Assembly: GCA_040285825.1 (NCBI GenBank)
Contig: JAUPSS010000004.1
Coordinates: forward strand, 6,353,784 to 6,417,783
DNA: 64,000 nucleotides
From: Eukaryota sp. TZLM1-RC
Lineage: Eukaryota; Protista; Metamonada: BaSk clade
Direction of reading: 5' to 3'
The notes beneath the pieces were generated by a model. That model worked only from the letters and a program-made list of their open reading frames with translations. It was not told where the DNA came from and did not search any database. Made by a program: the position numbers and the translations under genes. The stretch's first letter is position 1. Each line of letters opens with the position of its first letter. This document shows, piece by piece, positions 44,667 through 59,600 of the stretch.

Positions 44667-46980
44667 ATGTCTTCGTCCCATAACATTGAAGTTTATGCAC
44701 GTATCAGACCATATGTCTCCACACCAGAACGCAAATTTAAAGTACACCCTGAAGACAATTCGATTGTTTTTCATGTTCCCAAAGATAGTACTGGTGGTCT
44801 CATCAATAACACCCGTGAAAACTGGACTTACTCCTTCACCAAAGTATTTGATGAACCAACACAACAGGATGAAGTTTTTGAAGTCATTGGTCGCAAGATG
44901 ATTACCTCCTTATTAGAAGGCTATAACGCTACAACATTTGCTTACGGTCAAACTTCCAGTGGTTTGTCCTCATCCTTCTCTCATTCTAGGTAAAACCCAC
45001 ACTCTGACAGGACCTCCTGATGTGTCCGGAGATTTTGAATCCAGGGGACTTATCCCCAGATCTTTAGCTACTGTGTTTGAAGAAATTGAGAAGAGACCAG
45101 ACCGTCAGTTTACTATTGCTTTATCTTATTTAGAACTTTACAATGAAAAGGGTTATGATTTACTCAACCCAGATCGCCATTCACACCAACTAGAAGATTT
45201 ACCCAAAGTGTCAATAATGGAAGACCAAAATGGAAACGTCACCATCCCAGGACTTACAAAGAGAGTTGTTTCTTCCCTTGACGAAGCCCTAGACATTCTA
45301 TGGGAGGGTGACACTGTTAGAGTTATTGCAAGCACTCCAATGAATGACGCCTCCACTCGAAGTCATTGTGTGTTTAGTATTTATGTTACTTCCAAAGCCG
45401 CTGATTCCAACCTTATCAGAGAATCCAAGTTGAATCTTGTTGATCTTGCGGGTTCTGAAAGAGTCGGTAGTACAGGAGTTGACGGGAGACTTTTAAGAGA
45501 AGCTACTGGTATTAATTTAAGTTTGTTCTATTTAGAGCAAGTTATTACTGCTTTGAGTGAGAAGAAACAAGGTAGAAGTCATATTCCATATAGGAATTCA
45601 ATACTTACTTCTGTGTTGAGGGATTCTCTTGGTGGAAATTGCAGAACCATTATGATTGCCACACTTGCTGCTAACCCAGTCCACTCTTTTGAATCAATGT
45701 CAACCTGTCAGTTTGCCCAGAGGGTTGGCCAAATTAAGAATGTTTCAAGAATTAATGATTCTCTTGATCTACAGTCTATTGTTAAGCAGCTGAGAAGAGA
45801 GAATTTGAAGCTGAAGCAAGAGATTGCCTTACTTCGAAGTGATGGAGAAAGGGGTCCGATTACTGAAAGTGAAAAGGTTCAGCTAGTTGAACAGGTAAAG
45901 GAGTATATAGAAAGTAGAGAAGGGGAGCTTTTTTTAACGGATTTTGTCAAAATTCAGGCAGCTTTTGAAATATTTAAAGAATTAGTCAATAGTAAGTCTT
46001 CGGGTTTAGGCAACAATGATGTGACCAATGAAGAAGAGATCAGTGGGGATCAAGTGAAAAATTCAAGAGATCAAGACACTGTTGACGACACTGGAAGAAT
46101 CCATTCGTTACAAGAACTTTTATCGCAAAGAGACTTTGAAATTGAAGTTTTGGTTGATCAAAATAGAAAAAATGAAGAATTGATATCCATTTACAAGCAA
46201 AATTTTGGAGAAATTGGTCATGAAGGGTCAAGTAATCAAGCGGAATTTGCACAAAGTACACCGGAAACTATCGATCAATCACCACTTGACCTTCAATCAT
46301 CCCCAGCAGTCAACAACTCACACTCACCCCAAGCCACGTCACAGCAAGAACCATTAGCCGACCCCATCACAAGCTCTGGGTTAAGGTATTCTGAAATGGT
46401 TTCTGTCATTGAGGACAAGGCTTCTGCTTCAGAGTTTTTTAGAAAATCATATTATTTGAATGATTCTATAGAAAAAGATAAACAAAATTTAGCTGATTTA
46501 TATTCCCAAGCCAAGTCCATTGGGAAAACGGCTAAGGAGGTCAAAGCAGAAGTAGAAGTGTTGAAGAAAGAGCTGAATTCTATTAGAGCTGCTTTAGTTG
46601 GGGATAATTCGCCTGATTTAATAACAAAAGAAGCCGAAATAAGTCAATTAATTGCTGAAAAAAAGGATTTATACAAGCAGTTATTGGAGGAAACCAAGGT
46701 TTTCAAGTCTAGAATCACTGAAGCCCACACCTATATGGAGCGTGTTAAGGAAAAGATGACAAGTGACTTCAAAATTTGGTTGTCAGCTCAAACTGAACTT
46801 CTTTCGTCAATGGATGTTAACTATGTTGAGCATTCACCAAGACCCAAGTCTTCTAGATCTTCTAGGCTAAGTTCCCGGCCAAAGTCCAAGTCAACAGTGT
46901 ATACAGGAGATCCCACCGTTGATAGGGAAATTGAAAAGTTTTATAAAACAAAAAGGAGAGTATTGGATTCAATTGGGTAG
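44667..46980 (+). CDS. kinesin-9 family motor (KIF6/KIF9-like), 1 intron
   Basis: AYGQTSSGKT P-loop restored by intron 44962-44989. STRSH, LVDLAGSE, HIPYRNS motifs and a TGDP..D.EI..FY tail. Confidence 0.93.
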
Positions 46981-48670
46981 TGCGTTGAGTGTGGATTATG
47001 ATTCTGGGTTGGTGAGGTAGCTTTTAAGCTTTTATTACACTGAAATTTGTGTTTTTTTGTGTAATCTTTTAGAATGGGAGGTAGTGGGATTTTCTGTCTA
47101 TTTATCCCGATTAATTTACTCTTTGTTCAAAGTATTGGTTACTTTCCGATCACCTTTTGTTTCGGAGTATGCAAGTTGGTGTTTATTGTTTCAGTGATGA
47201 CATACTTTGATGCCAAAGTATGAGGAGAATCTCTTTCAAGGAGTGGCAAATCCTTCAAAAAGATTAAATATTTACTTGAGCTTGGTTCAGGTTCATCACT
47301 TGTCGATTTCAAGTTAATCTTGGAGCTTTGTTTGACTCACAACTTTGTACTTCACTAGAGCAATCTGCCTTTTGTTTTACATCTCAAATTACAGTTTCCA
47401 ATAAAAATCAAATCTATTATTTTGAATTTCAAGAGTATTATTTTTCACATCTTTAGACATGAAATTGTCTACTAAATTATATTCTTATGGGTGATCAAGA
47501 AGTCCGTCTTTGAGCAGTGGGGTAGTTACAATAATTGCCATTGATGTTGGAACACTATGTTGAAGAAGACCTCCAATCTAAAACATCTATTAGAGTGACA
47601 TTTATTGAAGGAATGGTTTTGCTAAAGGAAAAGATGAAAAGTGTCACAAATAGCACGTAAACCAATTACAAGAACGCGATTTTTTCTCAGGAACTTCAAG
47701 GCTAACATCAAAGTGTGTAGTTTCAAATATCTTTGACAAGGCTGAAGGTTTTTACAACAAAACATGGAATTCACAAGATGGCATCAAGTAATTGGCTGAA
47801 ATGATTGAGCATAACATTTGGTCACTGTTACTGCAAGTACGTGCATCATTGAAAGGCAACTTTGGTCAGATGCTTTAACATGGTTCAACAGACTGTTTTA
47901 AATGTAATGATTCATTATTACCGCTTTCCTGATATTGTAATTATTTTCTCCCAATGACTGAAATACTTTTTTTCCACAAAGTTCTTCGTCACCCTCCACA
48001 TGGTTTGTCCCGCTTTACGTTTAGGATTGTTTCCTGCATCTTTGATTGCCATTTCCAGTTAAGTTTTTTCAATTGTTTTTCTCATTGTCATTTCACAAAG
48101 TTATTATATGTTTGCAACATCACCTTAGCTGTAAATCACTTAAAGATTGGAAGTTTTTTTCTGAAGTTTGGGGCCACGCAGTTTGGAACTTACATCGCAT
48201 AAATTTGATATAGTTTTTAGATACAAGTAGCTGCATTGATTTCTTCTTCTTCAACTAGCTCAATATACTTTACTTCTGCATGTAGTTACTTTTCTAGCTA
48301 AGCTGATCATAATTTTCCAACTTCGAAATGCAAACGTTTCCAAGTGGGGAAAAGGTATATCTCAATTAGAAAAAATCTGTAACTGAAAGCATGATGAAGT
48401 TTTTTCAAGTTTTTTGATAAAAAATGAGTCAAAATAGCACAGGCAGTTTAATGACAAAAAAATTTATTGTATTCGACAACTTGATTTATAGATAGCAATT
48501 TGACCAAGCAGTTTGGAATCAGAAATCCACTGATCTTGAAAGTGGGTCACCACTACTTCAGTTAGACCTTCATGGACAATATCTTTTGGAAAATATTTCA
48601 TGGAGTTATCCATAGAAATGGGGAGACATTAAGTCGTTGTGTGCTTGAGAGGAATGATACTCCCTCCCCA

Positions 48671-49500
48671 TGTTCTATTCGCTTTAGCTAAACGTGTTTT
48701 CCAGAATAGGAAAGTATCACGTGTACATTAGATTAAATTTGTTTGTGTTCACAAAAGCTTTCTTCAGGTGTGTTCATCTAGGCCATTTGGTCCTGAATTC
48801 CTAGAAAACAAAAGCCCTTGGTACCTCTCTTTATTGTATGATGTTTAGTTCTGAAACATCTCCTCCTCTTTTGCCTAACCAATCCTCTCACATCTCCAAG
48901 CTTCATCTAAGAAGATGACGGACTCCTGGGAATCCGTCAACTCGTCCATCTCACCAATTGAGCTGCCTGAGCCGTCTCACAAGCCCAAAGTCAACGATCT
49001 GAACAAAAACAGTTTTTGTTCTGCGCATGAAGCTCTACAAACACTATAATCATTTCGTTGAACATACATACTCCACAAATTATATCCTAGTTCTCTTCTG
49101 GTTAGGAACTCTATATCGGGTTCACCTCTGAAGACTGTTGTTTATCTGGTTAAGCCCTGTTTGTCCTCCTTGCTGATATGATATCCTCCTTCCATGATAT
49201 TATGATATGATATTCCTTGTTGATATGTAGCCACTAATTCTCGTATTAGTACTCATTTTGGATGGAATTTTTGAAGTCACTGATAATTCTACCTTGTACT
49301 TTGGGATGATGGGTCCACGACTATTCAGCATCTTGACTCTATTGTGAATACCTTTGCTTACTTTCGATATAGGAAACATGTCGATGTACCCAAGAGCCGC
49401 CAGAAAAGAAACAAGAGGCAGTGTTGGCCTTTACTAAACGTGTTTTCCAGAATAGGAAAGTAATACGTGATCATTTGTTTAAATTCGTTCTTGTTATTTT
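48671..49500 (+). mobile_element. eroded small LTR element with chromodomain-like remnant
   Basis: Direct repeat with a 29-bp identical core (48688-48716, 49434-49462). Purine tract AGAAAAGAAACAAGAGGCAG precedes TGTTGG at 49422. Internal YLVLWDDGSTTIQHLDSIVNTFAY. Confidence 0.55.
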
Positions 49501-50656
49501 TATATTGGGTTTTTAACTATTGACATAAACTGATGTTTTTTCTTCATATGCATTGGGCACGAACGCCAACAGTTCATTTTCCAGCGCATATTGTTTTGGT
49601 TCAAATGGTGTAAAGGAGGACAAGCTGTTTGCCATTGCAAACAATAATACATACTATCTGGCATCTTCACCTTAGCTCCAAAGAATTTTTAAATATTGAA
49701 TATTAGGAAAAATTCCCTGAAAACAACTTAAGTTCCATTAGTAATAAATCGATAAACTTATATTCACTTAGGAACACACAAACGAACAGTGAAATTGAGT
49801 AGAAAGGGTTGGTAGGACGCACTCCACGGCTCTATTAAAGGGAAAAAGACCAATAACATCAACGTTATTGTTAGTGTTCAGTGCTGTGACCAAGATAAAA
49901 CTTTATTAGATTTCAAAAATCGAAATCGAAATTCATGATTGTTAAAGTCGAGCTCAATTGCAGATAGAATGATGATAACATTTTCATTGCATGACAGAAG
50001 ATTAAACAAAAATCTATTTAGGTCAATGAAACGTGACATCACATGACTTCTGTAAACTGCAATTTAATATCTGATAATGGATATGGGCTAACACAAAAAC
50101 TACCGCCACGTCATCATTTGTGATTTTAAATGTATATTGTGATAAAACATGTTTAGTACAGAAATTTGGATGCTACTAATTCAAATTTTTACATAATTTT
50201 TTGATTGCAAAATTTGAACAATTTCCCATATTGAAATTTCAACAAAGCAATCCTATGACTCTTATTTACGACATAAGAAAGTAATTACATTGAAACTTTT
50301 AATCTAAATTACCGATACATTCGCCTTCGTTTTTAACAAAATGATGAGTCTTATTTTTGAATGAAGAGCACTATAAATCATTTGCATATATCTGTAATTG
50401 CTCCAGAAATTAATGGTATTGATTTCGTTCTCTGGCAACGTTGGAATTTTAGAATTAGATCTTTTCTGAAAACAGTTTAAAACACTCATCGCAAAAACAT
50501 TAAATTCATCCTCCAAGTCACAAAGAATTTTTGCTTCCAACTTAATTCCAACAGACTGTTAGCTAATGGTGTAGAATATGAGCGAAAGTTTAAATTCTAT
50601 AACAATACAATTTCTTCAATATTTACAATTTATAACAAAAACATCTATACAAAATC

Positions 50657-53600
50657 TCAAAGTCTTTCCACATGTCTAATAGCATCATAAACTTGATCAC
50701 TTCTCAAATCACCCAATAAATGTCCAACATCTTTTTCTGCTGCCAGATACTCAGCCACATTGTCAGAACCTTGAATTTGGATATCTCTCAAGCATCGGTA
50801 GGCAAATTGCTTCAACTCAGATAGCAACTCGTCCTTTGAATAGTCTTCAACCACTGATTGCATGAAGGCCTTCTGAGAACCGGAAAGTGCACCAGTTCGG
50901 TATTGCTGATGGATGTGTTGTGAACAATCAACTCCATTAAACGAGTTCTCAATTGTCACCAAAAGAGCTGGCACTTGCGAAATTGACAGTTGGGTAATAG
51001 AACCAGGTAGATTTCCAAGATTGGCAATGTTGGATTCTTGCATAAACGAATGAATACTAGATTCGTACAAACGAGCACATTCACCATTATTGCTTAAAGC
51101 AACGCTATCCAAAGCATTGACCACAACTTGAAGATCTTGATAGACCTTAAGACGATCGTTTGCTGACATTTCCAATTGGAAATTGGGCGGAAGAGGTTGT
51201 TCCTCGCCAAAATCGCCAGTAAAGGCACCCATAAAAGCATAAAGAGCATAGGCATTGGTAGGAGGGGCTTCAGGAACTGTGAATTGAGGACGAAGTAGAT
51301 TAACCCTAATAAGTTGGGTATAAATTCTATCCAAAACCCTTATACCTACTGAACCATCATCACTTAATTGTAAAACATAACCATATTTTGTAAGGGAAAG
51401 GTCAACAAAATGAGAAGCATCATAAGAATTCCAAGGAACAGAAGCAACTTGTTGACCAATTGTTGGGAAGATTGCGAGGCTGTTGTGAGCGCTCATTATT
51501 GCCGTAATCAGCAACTGATTGAGTGACGGTTGACCAGTTGATCCAATCGTATACGGATCCAAAAGATGTTCGTCTTCAATATTTTCAGGTAAATCTCTGA
51601 CATTACCCTGACAAGCCAGATTTGTTTCTTGACGCTGGTCAAGCTGCTTAAGAATCCCAACACCATCTGAATAACTTTGTTTGGCTTGTTCATAAGTGTT
51701 GGAATCTTCATTCTGAACGATTTCCCTCAATTGGCGGTTTTTAATGTTGTCTTGAGTACTGTTTGAGCGAACGTAGCTATCAACCCAGTTGAAGAACCTT
51801 GAAAAGGCAGATAACTCCTTGCCTGCTTCAATGAAGGCTATATTCTTTCGAAGTTCAGCTTCATCATCGCCAAAATTTCGACAATCAAGTTCCAAATTAG
51901 AAGTATTGATTGGAATGGTTGAAATAATTGAAACCTGAGTAGGCAAAGATAATTGTTCCAAATATTCAGCATCTTGGCGAATAATTCGGTGATCCAAATT
52001 AGCGTGGTTGTGAACTTGATCACGTTGATCAGGTGCGGCACAAAGTTGTTCCATAACAACACGCTCTAATTGCTTTTTCTGTTGGACAGTGGTAGTAATG
52101 AATGATCTACCTACAGAATTGGTTCTGAAATAAGAAAGTTTTCTGGATAATTCAAATGGATAATTTCCAATATTGCCCCCATTATCTGCCTTTATTACTT
52201 CAGAAAGTAAATCTCTAAAGTAAGCAACTGATGAATTAACTTCCAATTTACGGTTCATTTGGGCAATAAAATCAGGTTTTAAAATACACCTCGCAATCAT
52301 AATTGATAAAGTGACTGCCATCAGCTTCCGGTAAGCAGAAATATTAGAATAAGGCACTAGGTTCCTGATATGGCCTTCCATTAATTCAAAGTAAACCGTG
52401 AACGGAATAAAACCTTGGGACCAATTGTCTTTGAATTGATTGTAAATAATTTGATTGTAATGACGAGTATTGTCCCTTGTATCACGATGAAGAAATTGTA
52501 ATTCATTTTGTTGGCAAACAACACACCTCTTGTCATTTCTTAAAGCATATCGAGCCTCTTCCACAGTAAAATGAGTAATTTCACCACAATCCATGACATC
52601 GAGAGTGGCAAAACAGTTTCTACAATAGTAAAGATGAGTTCTGATTGATGGATCCATTATACCAAACTTGGAAAGGATAATACTAGGCCAACAACCGGGA
52701 ACATAACAGTTTTCAATAGTGTTGGCATCCACCAACTCTTTGAATCCAGGTAAATCAATAACTTCCAAAACAGGAATCAAAAGAGCCTTATTATCGAAGC
52801 TGGAAAATAAATCACAGATATTTTGTGGTAATCTAGGTAAAATTGCTCTAAATTCGCCCCTTTGAAGTCCTAAAAGACCTCTCAGATGATCAGGATTAAG
52901 TTCAAATTGCTGACGTTTCAAACCAGCCACTGCTTGTTGAAATTGGCGAGAACTAGGCCAATTGGTATCCTTCACCATTGGATTGAGAGCATCTAAATCT
53001 ACAGGCAAAGCTGAACGCAATTGAGCTTTAGTATTGTTATCTACAGGACTATCTCTTCTGGAAACTTCATTATACACAAACTCTACAACCTGCGAACTTC
53101 CATAAGCTGATGAAAGGTACCTCAATGCACATGACTTAACTCCAAGGAAATGATCAGTATCGAGTTGTTCAGAAAGAATATATCTCAAAATAATGGGGTG
53201 AAGAGGTAAATTGTTATCAACATCGTGTTGAACTTTGAGCATGAATCTCCTAGAATATAATATAATACGAGCAATGTCGTTAACTCGAGTTAAATGTATT
53301 CTAATTTGATCGTAAATAGTTGAATCATTGAAATTAACACCAGACTGAAGCAGACAGTTATTAATAACTGATGTCAAAACACAAACAACAATCCTGAATA
53401 CACCAACATTATCTTCAAAGAATTTTAAGAATGGAGAAATCAAATCACCGCAGATGTCATGCAAATCTTCAAAAGAATTTGCACTTGAAAAAATAGAGGA
53501 AAATAATACGTGTAAAACAGACTTCAAATGTTCAAGTCCTAGTGACTTGAAAACATCAACATATTCTTCCGCCAGTAACAACCTTTCTTCATCATTCCTA

Positions 53601-56600
53601 AACGCTTTAATAATAGAGCAAAATAATCCAAGCTTGAGATCATTGAAATCAGGAATGATGTTTTCAATGATGTAATCAATGACCTCTACATTTAACTCAA
53701 GAGGGGAAGAAGGCAAAAGTGATTGATCAAAATCATTTAGAATCAAATACCGGAGCCAAGTGACAAGAACATTGTACCAATCAAGATGATGGTCAGGAAC
53801 CAACGGATGGACAGTCAAAAGATCAGTGCACAAGGTTCTATACTTGACGGAATTGTCTCGAATTACTAACAAACGACTACAAAGAGAGCACCAATCTCTT
53901 TTCACGTTAATTATCTCATCATCGTCATCAGAGTCTTCAGCTTCCTGATTTGATTGGGGCTCATCATTATTTGATTGATTACACCGTTGATTGAAGTGTT
54001 CATTGACAAACTTGAAAGCTCCTTCATAAATCACCATGTCCCGATTTTGAACACTTTTAGAGATAATTTTACATAATTGTTCAAAAGAATTATAGCCACC
54101 AGAATTAGAGAAATAAGTATCAATTTGCACCTCGGAATAACCCCAGTATTTGAACATTTCGATTCTGCAATCTTCTAAATCCAAGTTATTTAGATAATCC
54201 TTAACGGAATCTGGTAATTGTTCCCAAACAGTTGCGAAATCTGCACTGGTTTTGTGAATAAATTGAATAATTCTGCAAATAAAATAAATCAAGGAAGAAC
54301 CAATGGAGGGAGAAACATTACCAAAAGAGACAAAGCTAGGATTATTAGGATCTGATAAGTCTGAAATTCTATTTAAAAAGCTCAAACGCTGGACATCTCC
54401 AAATAAACCAGTATTTGGATCACAGATTCTTTGAAAGTAATCCACAATATCAACTCCTCGGGAAGGATTTACCAATAATAGACAATTAGAAAGCAAACGG
54501 ACTTTCTGATCCAAAACCTTCCTAATATGATCCTTGACGAAATGGTAGACAAAATCTTGAAGGCAAGAGTAATTGCCTAGGGCGCTCCTGTCAACCCTGA
54601 AAGGAACATTAATTTGGGCCAAATCAGCATCTAATATTTGATATAAAGACTCACACACTGATTTCAAATGATCTTGGTTTTCATAAATGGACTTAATGAA
54701 AGCTCCACTAATAGCAAATACTTCCTTGTTGAACAACCTAGTTGCCAAAAACAACACTGGTAAGAGTTCCCTAATCATTTGAATCACTGTTTCTTCCCTG
54801 ATATGTTGTCTATCCAAACGGAAAGAGGTTACATCATTAGTTCTCATTAACAAAGGCTTATCATAACCAATTGCGTCGCAATAGTAGGAGCTAAAAGAAT
54901 CAATTGGGGAGAGAGTATAACCATTACCATCAATAACAGCAATCACCACATCACAAGGAATTTTCTCATTTGTAATGAAACTAGAAACAGTGGGAAAATG
55001 ACGAAGTTCCATTCCCTTGACAACAATAACCATTAAGTCAGTATCAGTTACAAGGTCCTTTGCAGTAGATAATAGCTCAACCAAATCATCATTACAATTA
55101 GCTTGATCGATAGAAAACTCCTTAACTTGAGAGTAGGGGGACAAACTACGGGGAACAGAGCCCAAGTACTTGGAGTGGATAATGATTCTATTAGGATGAT
55201 TAGAATTACTCATCAATGACAAATGATATTCCATAACTTGCTCAAAAGACAAAAAGCCACCATATTCAACGTTAATACTGGAGCATAGAGCTTGCACTTG
55301 ATGGCTTTCTTCACCAAACATTTGATATGCACAGTAAAGCGGCATTTGATGTTCAGAGATTACTCTGGTCATTTTATCTCTTCCTTCAACTGAGAGTATT
55401 TCTGGAACAAACTCCTCATGATTAAAAGCATTAATATGATTTAATCCACAAATACGGTATAGTTCCTTTCCAAGATCAAGCTGCGAGGAATCCACTTGAG
55501 CCCACAGGTCAGACAAATTAATCTTCTCCAATCTGTTGAGTAAAGCAATGGGTTGACTAGGGAGTTCAGAGGAAGAACAAACAATAATAACTCTTGTAGA
55601 TTTGTGAACATTGATTACCCTGGAGCCAGAAGAACCTAAAGCAATTTTACTCCTACCCAGTCCTTCTCTGTTGATTTTGAGGTAGTTTCTGTTTAGAAGA
55701 TCAAAAAGAGCACCAATAATGTTCTGTTGAGCCGATAATAGAATAACTTTACCAGAGGCGGCGTATTGAATGACTTTAGCTAATTGAACATAAGAGAATT
55801 CCTTATAAGAATCAGCATCATAGCTAGAACCGGGAAGTTCTCTCACATCAGCAGCTCTTGGATGCTCTTCCAAAATGCTTCTTACCAAAGGCATTGACCC
55901 AACAAGCATCAAATGCCGGGCAAATGGTCTTTCATCAGAAATATTGACAGAAATTGCTCTTCTGATTGATGATTCTAAATCTAAAGGAGTTAGTGGTTGC
56001 TCATATAAAAAATGAAACCAATTTTGGTAAGCCCTTGCATAAGGTGAATTATCAAGTACTGGCAAACCACCATAATTTCTATACAAAATGGAGTAATGAT
56101 CTTCCATACGAGTTTCTGGATCAGCAACGGTTCTGACAAATGAATAAGCATCCCGACTACCAAAGAAACTTTCAATTTTTCCTAAATCAGTCTTAATTTT
56201 AGCAGTATTTGTCAATTGCAGATGCATTTTGGCAAAATGTTCAGCCAATAAATGATTATTGGACAACTGGCGTAGAGTACTGGCTAGTTCTTGGGTACTG
56301 GGATTAGGTCTTTGAACAATAATTGATCGCGAAGAAGGTGCAGCATCAAAAGCTGAATTACTAATACCAATAAATGCATAAACATTCTCCTCATCATCCC
56401 TCAGCTTTTCCTTTTCTAGAATGGTGTGGAGAGCCTTCAAGGGGTTGGCTGGAGCGTCAATCATAAGAGATAATTCATCAATAATAAGACATGGAATGAC
56501 ATCTCTATTCTCAGCCTTCTTTTCCACATTCTCCACGGCGTTCATTAGATTTTCAGTAGTGGCAGCTCTACTTCCTTGGAATGAAACGGTAGAAATATTA

Positions 56601-59600
56601 GGTAAGGCAGGATCCTTGTTATCTAGGTAGAGATAGCTGGTCAAAAGATTCAATGCCAAGGATTTTGATTGACCTGGAACACCAATAATAATGACTGGAG
56701 TTTTGGTAACTATTCCAACAAGCATAATAAACAAATTTTCAATTAAAGCATTGTTTAAAACAATATTCATATGGTCAGGTCTGGGAACTGATTGGGCAAA
56801 CCTCAACATTACTTCATTGATAATTGCAGTAGTAGATTTCCTCCGACTTAAGTTAAATCGAGAATTGATGATCTGATCTACCTCTCTTCTTACCTCACCT
56901 TGGGAAACCCTGACTGCATAGCAGACGTACAAAGCAATTGCGATAATAAGATTAAAAGATTTTTCTGGAATGTCAAATACTTTAAAACCCTTCTCAAATA
57001 ATAAACCAATTCCATCAATCATCTTTTTTACTCGTTGAACATCCCTTAGGGATACCATCCAACTACTACCCCTTAATTGACCAAGTATATGATGTATTTC
57101 ACAGACAGCGTGGCATATTCTTGAGCGAATATCAACAATTGCTCGTTGGTTTAGAGAAGTAAAACTGACTTTTTCAGAAATCTTTTGAATGTATTCACGT
57201 TCATCATTGACTGAAAGTGATCCAAAATCTAAAACAAAGTCCTCAAAGGTGATGGGAGAGGGCAAGACATTATACAAAGGCTGATTATCACTTCCAACTT
57301 GGTTATAAGGGTTGATTGCCAGAACAAGACGCACATTTGGTTCAAGAGCAAGTCCATCAATTCTTCTATTGGTAATTAAAGAACACACTAAACCAAAATG
57401 CTCGCTGGCGTTGACTTCATCCAAGAACAAGATCGGGTAAGTGTCTGAAACCTCCGGGACTGGTGTAGGAATAGCTTCACCGGATAAGGTGTCGTTATGG
57501 GCGATAATACTATCACGTTCAGCTTGGAATCTGTTAGTTTCAGCACGAGCTAATTGATTTATTTCTGCAATAGATTCAAACAACTTGTTGAGAGGGGTAC
57601 CTGCATTGAAGGTGAGTCTTCTAAAAAGATCATCAAAGCGATCACCAAATAGAATAGAAGCACAATGAGTCAAAAGATAGGTTTTACCAACTCCACTAGC
57701 GCCCTTTAAAATAACAGGAATGTTGTATTTCAACTTCATAACAATAAAGATTTCCTTCAAAAAGACATCCTTAGTGAGCACGAAATTTGGTAAACGATTC
57801 GTAATCTGTTGAGAATCATACTGGTTCAGGGTTGAGTAAGACCTAATTTGCTTTTGCCTCTCTTCTTCCGTATCAGGTGCGGGATCTCTGGTTTGTCTGT
57901 GAAGTTTCTTGAATTCGGTTGGCAATGAATTGAGAGCGGCATCAGGAATCAGCATATGTGATTCACCTGTCCATTTACTCATAAAGAATAAGGGAATTTT
58001 GAAATTATTCCATGATAAAAATTCATTTTCTTGTGAATGACTCATAAACACTAAGTGCCTACAGTTTCCTAATAACAAAAGTCTACATTGTTCTTGAGCA
58101 CGAACAATTGAAGTTTGACTTAGCGTTTGATAGGCTTCAAGACTTTCTGTTTTAAAGAAAACACTAATTTCAAAGTGAGAGATTTGAGCAACAAAAGCAG
58201 TAGCCAAATCGCGCAACATTTTGTAGGAAAGCCTTTGAGAATTGATTGCAGGGAATCCAGGTACTTCGATTGTGAATAGAGAATGTAACGATTCAAAAGA
58301 GTTATTGGTAGGAATGGGAGTATTAAAATACTCGGCCAAGTATTGTCTTGCCTGATCATAAACTTGGTGCATAGGATCATTGGGAAGAACACTGATTAGT
58401 GCAGGGTTGTAAACTAGAGTTCTTTTAGAGTTCCATTTGTCAGGAACAATTGATTTACACAATACTTCGCCCCAAAAGACGCCTTCAAACAAATCCCATC
58501 GAGAAGGACTGGGTAATTCCAAGTAAATCTTGGCATCAGAAAGGGCAATCTTACCATTGATACGAATACCATTTAGGTAAATTAATGAAAAAAGAATGGA
58601 CATGAGATTAAAAAAATCTTGTCTTAAAGGTAATTGTCCTGTAGCTGAAGTAAATAGAGCAGGATTCCATTCCCGTCTGAGTACATCTAAGGGCTTGTTT
58701 AGATCTATATGAATAAAATCAGTATTGTTTCGTCTAATGTTTTCTAATCTTTCAATAGTCTTTTCAATGGAAATTGGACCAGAGAAAACAATATAATTAT
58801 CACCACACTTTTCTCTAGCAGAAGTCGTTTTGCCATTACCTGGATAAGGTGAAAACAAAATCTCTGAAAGCTTGGGTTGACACCTAACATTTGCAGGGGC
58901 AACTTGACCCTCCTTACCACCCAACTGAATGCTCGCAGATGTAGTAAATATAAAAAGCTTGACATTCACGACTTCTGAACTTGTTAGGGTTCTTAAATGT
59001 TCTTTGGCTTTGAAGGAAAGCTGCTCAGGAGCGATGATGACACCGTGTTTCGTCGCACAACCAGAAATAAAAGCAGTAATGGTTGCTAAAGAAGTTTCAA
59101 ATGAACAAAGTAAAAACCTGCTAATTGTGAAAGGAATTCTTTTAAAAGAAGCAGTACGTAAAGCATCAGTAAAAATAGTGGAAAACGATTCACTTCTGAT
59201 AATAACAACATCTTTGCTGTGGCTAGCAGCAATGCGGCTTAACCTAGTGACATAATTTTCAAATCTATTAATCAGGTTATCGACTTCAGCTCCTTCAAGC
59301 GGAGGATACTGCAAATCACACTCAGCATCGAAAACTTGGTTTGGGAGTCTACTATTAATAGCTTTTAATTCCTCAATGTTTCTACCCAAAAAGTAATCCC
59401 GCAATTCAGCTCCAGTAAGTCCAGCAAATTCATTAACAGATTGGTATCGATCGACTAAGTTATTCCAATTATTGAACAGGATTTTTTGGCTTTCTACAGC
59501 AGACTCAAGATTAGATAAATCACTTAATTCAGCAATCTGTATAGTCCAAACGCGAGGTTCATATGTATAACCATTATCTACCAACAAATTAAGGGTGGTG

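Noticed and set aside
47000-48660. Possible genes in the gap after the kinesin
   Set aside because: Only short stop-riddled frames. Likely eroded TE sequence that I cannot assign.
49500-50600. Tc1-like and hAT-like peptide scraps
   Set aside because: Too degenerate to support, and no TIR or TSD found
53860-53900. WCSLC as a remnant RING in the RNF213-like protein
   Set aside because: The remaining C/H ligands do not show RING spacing
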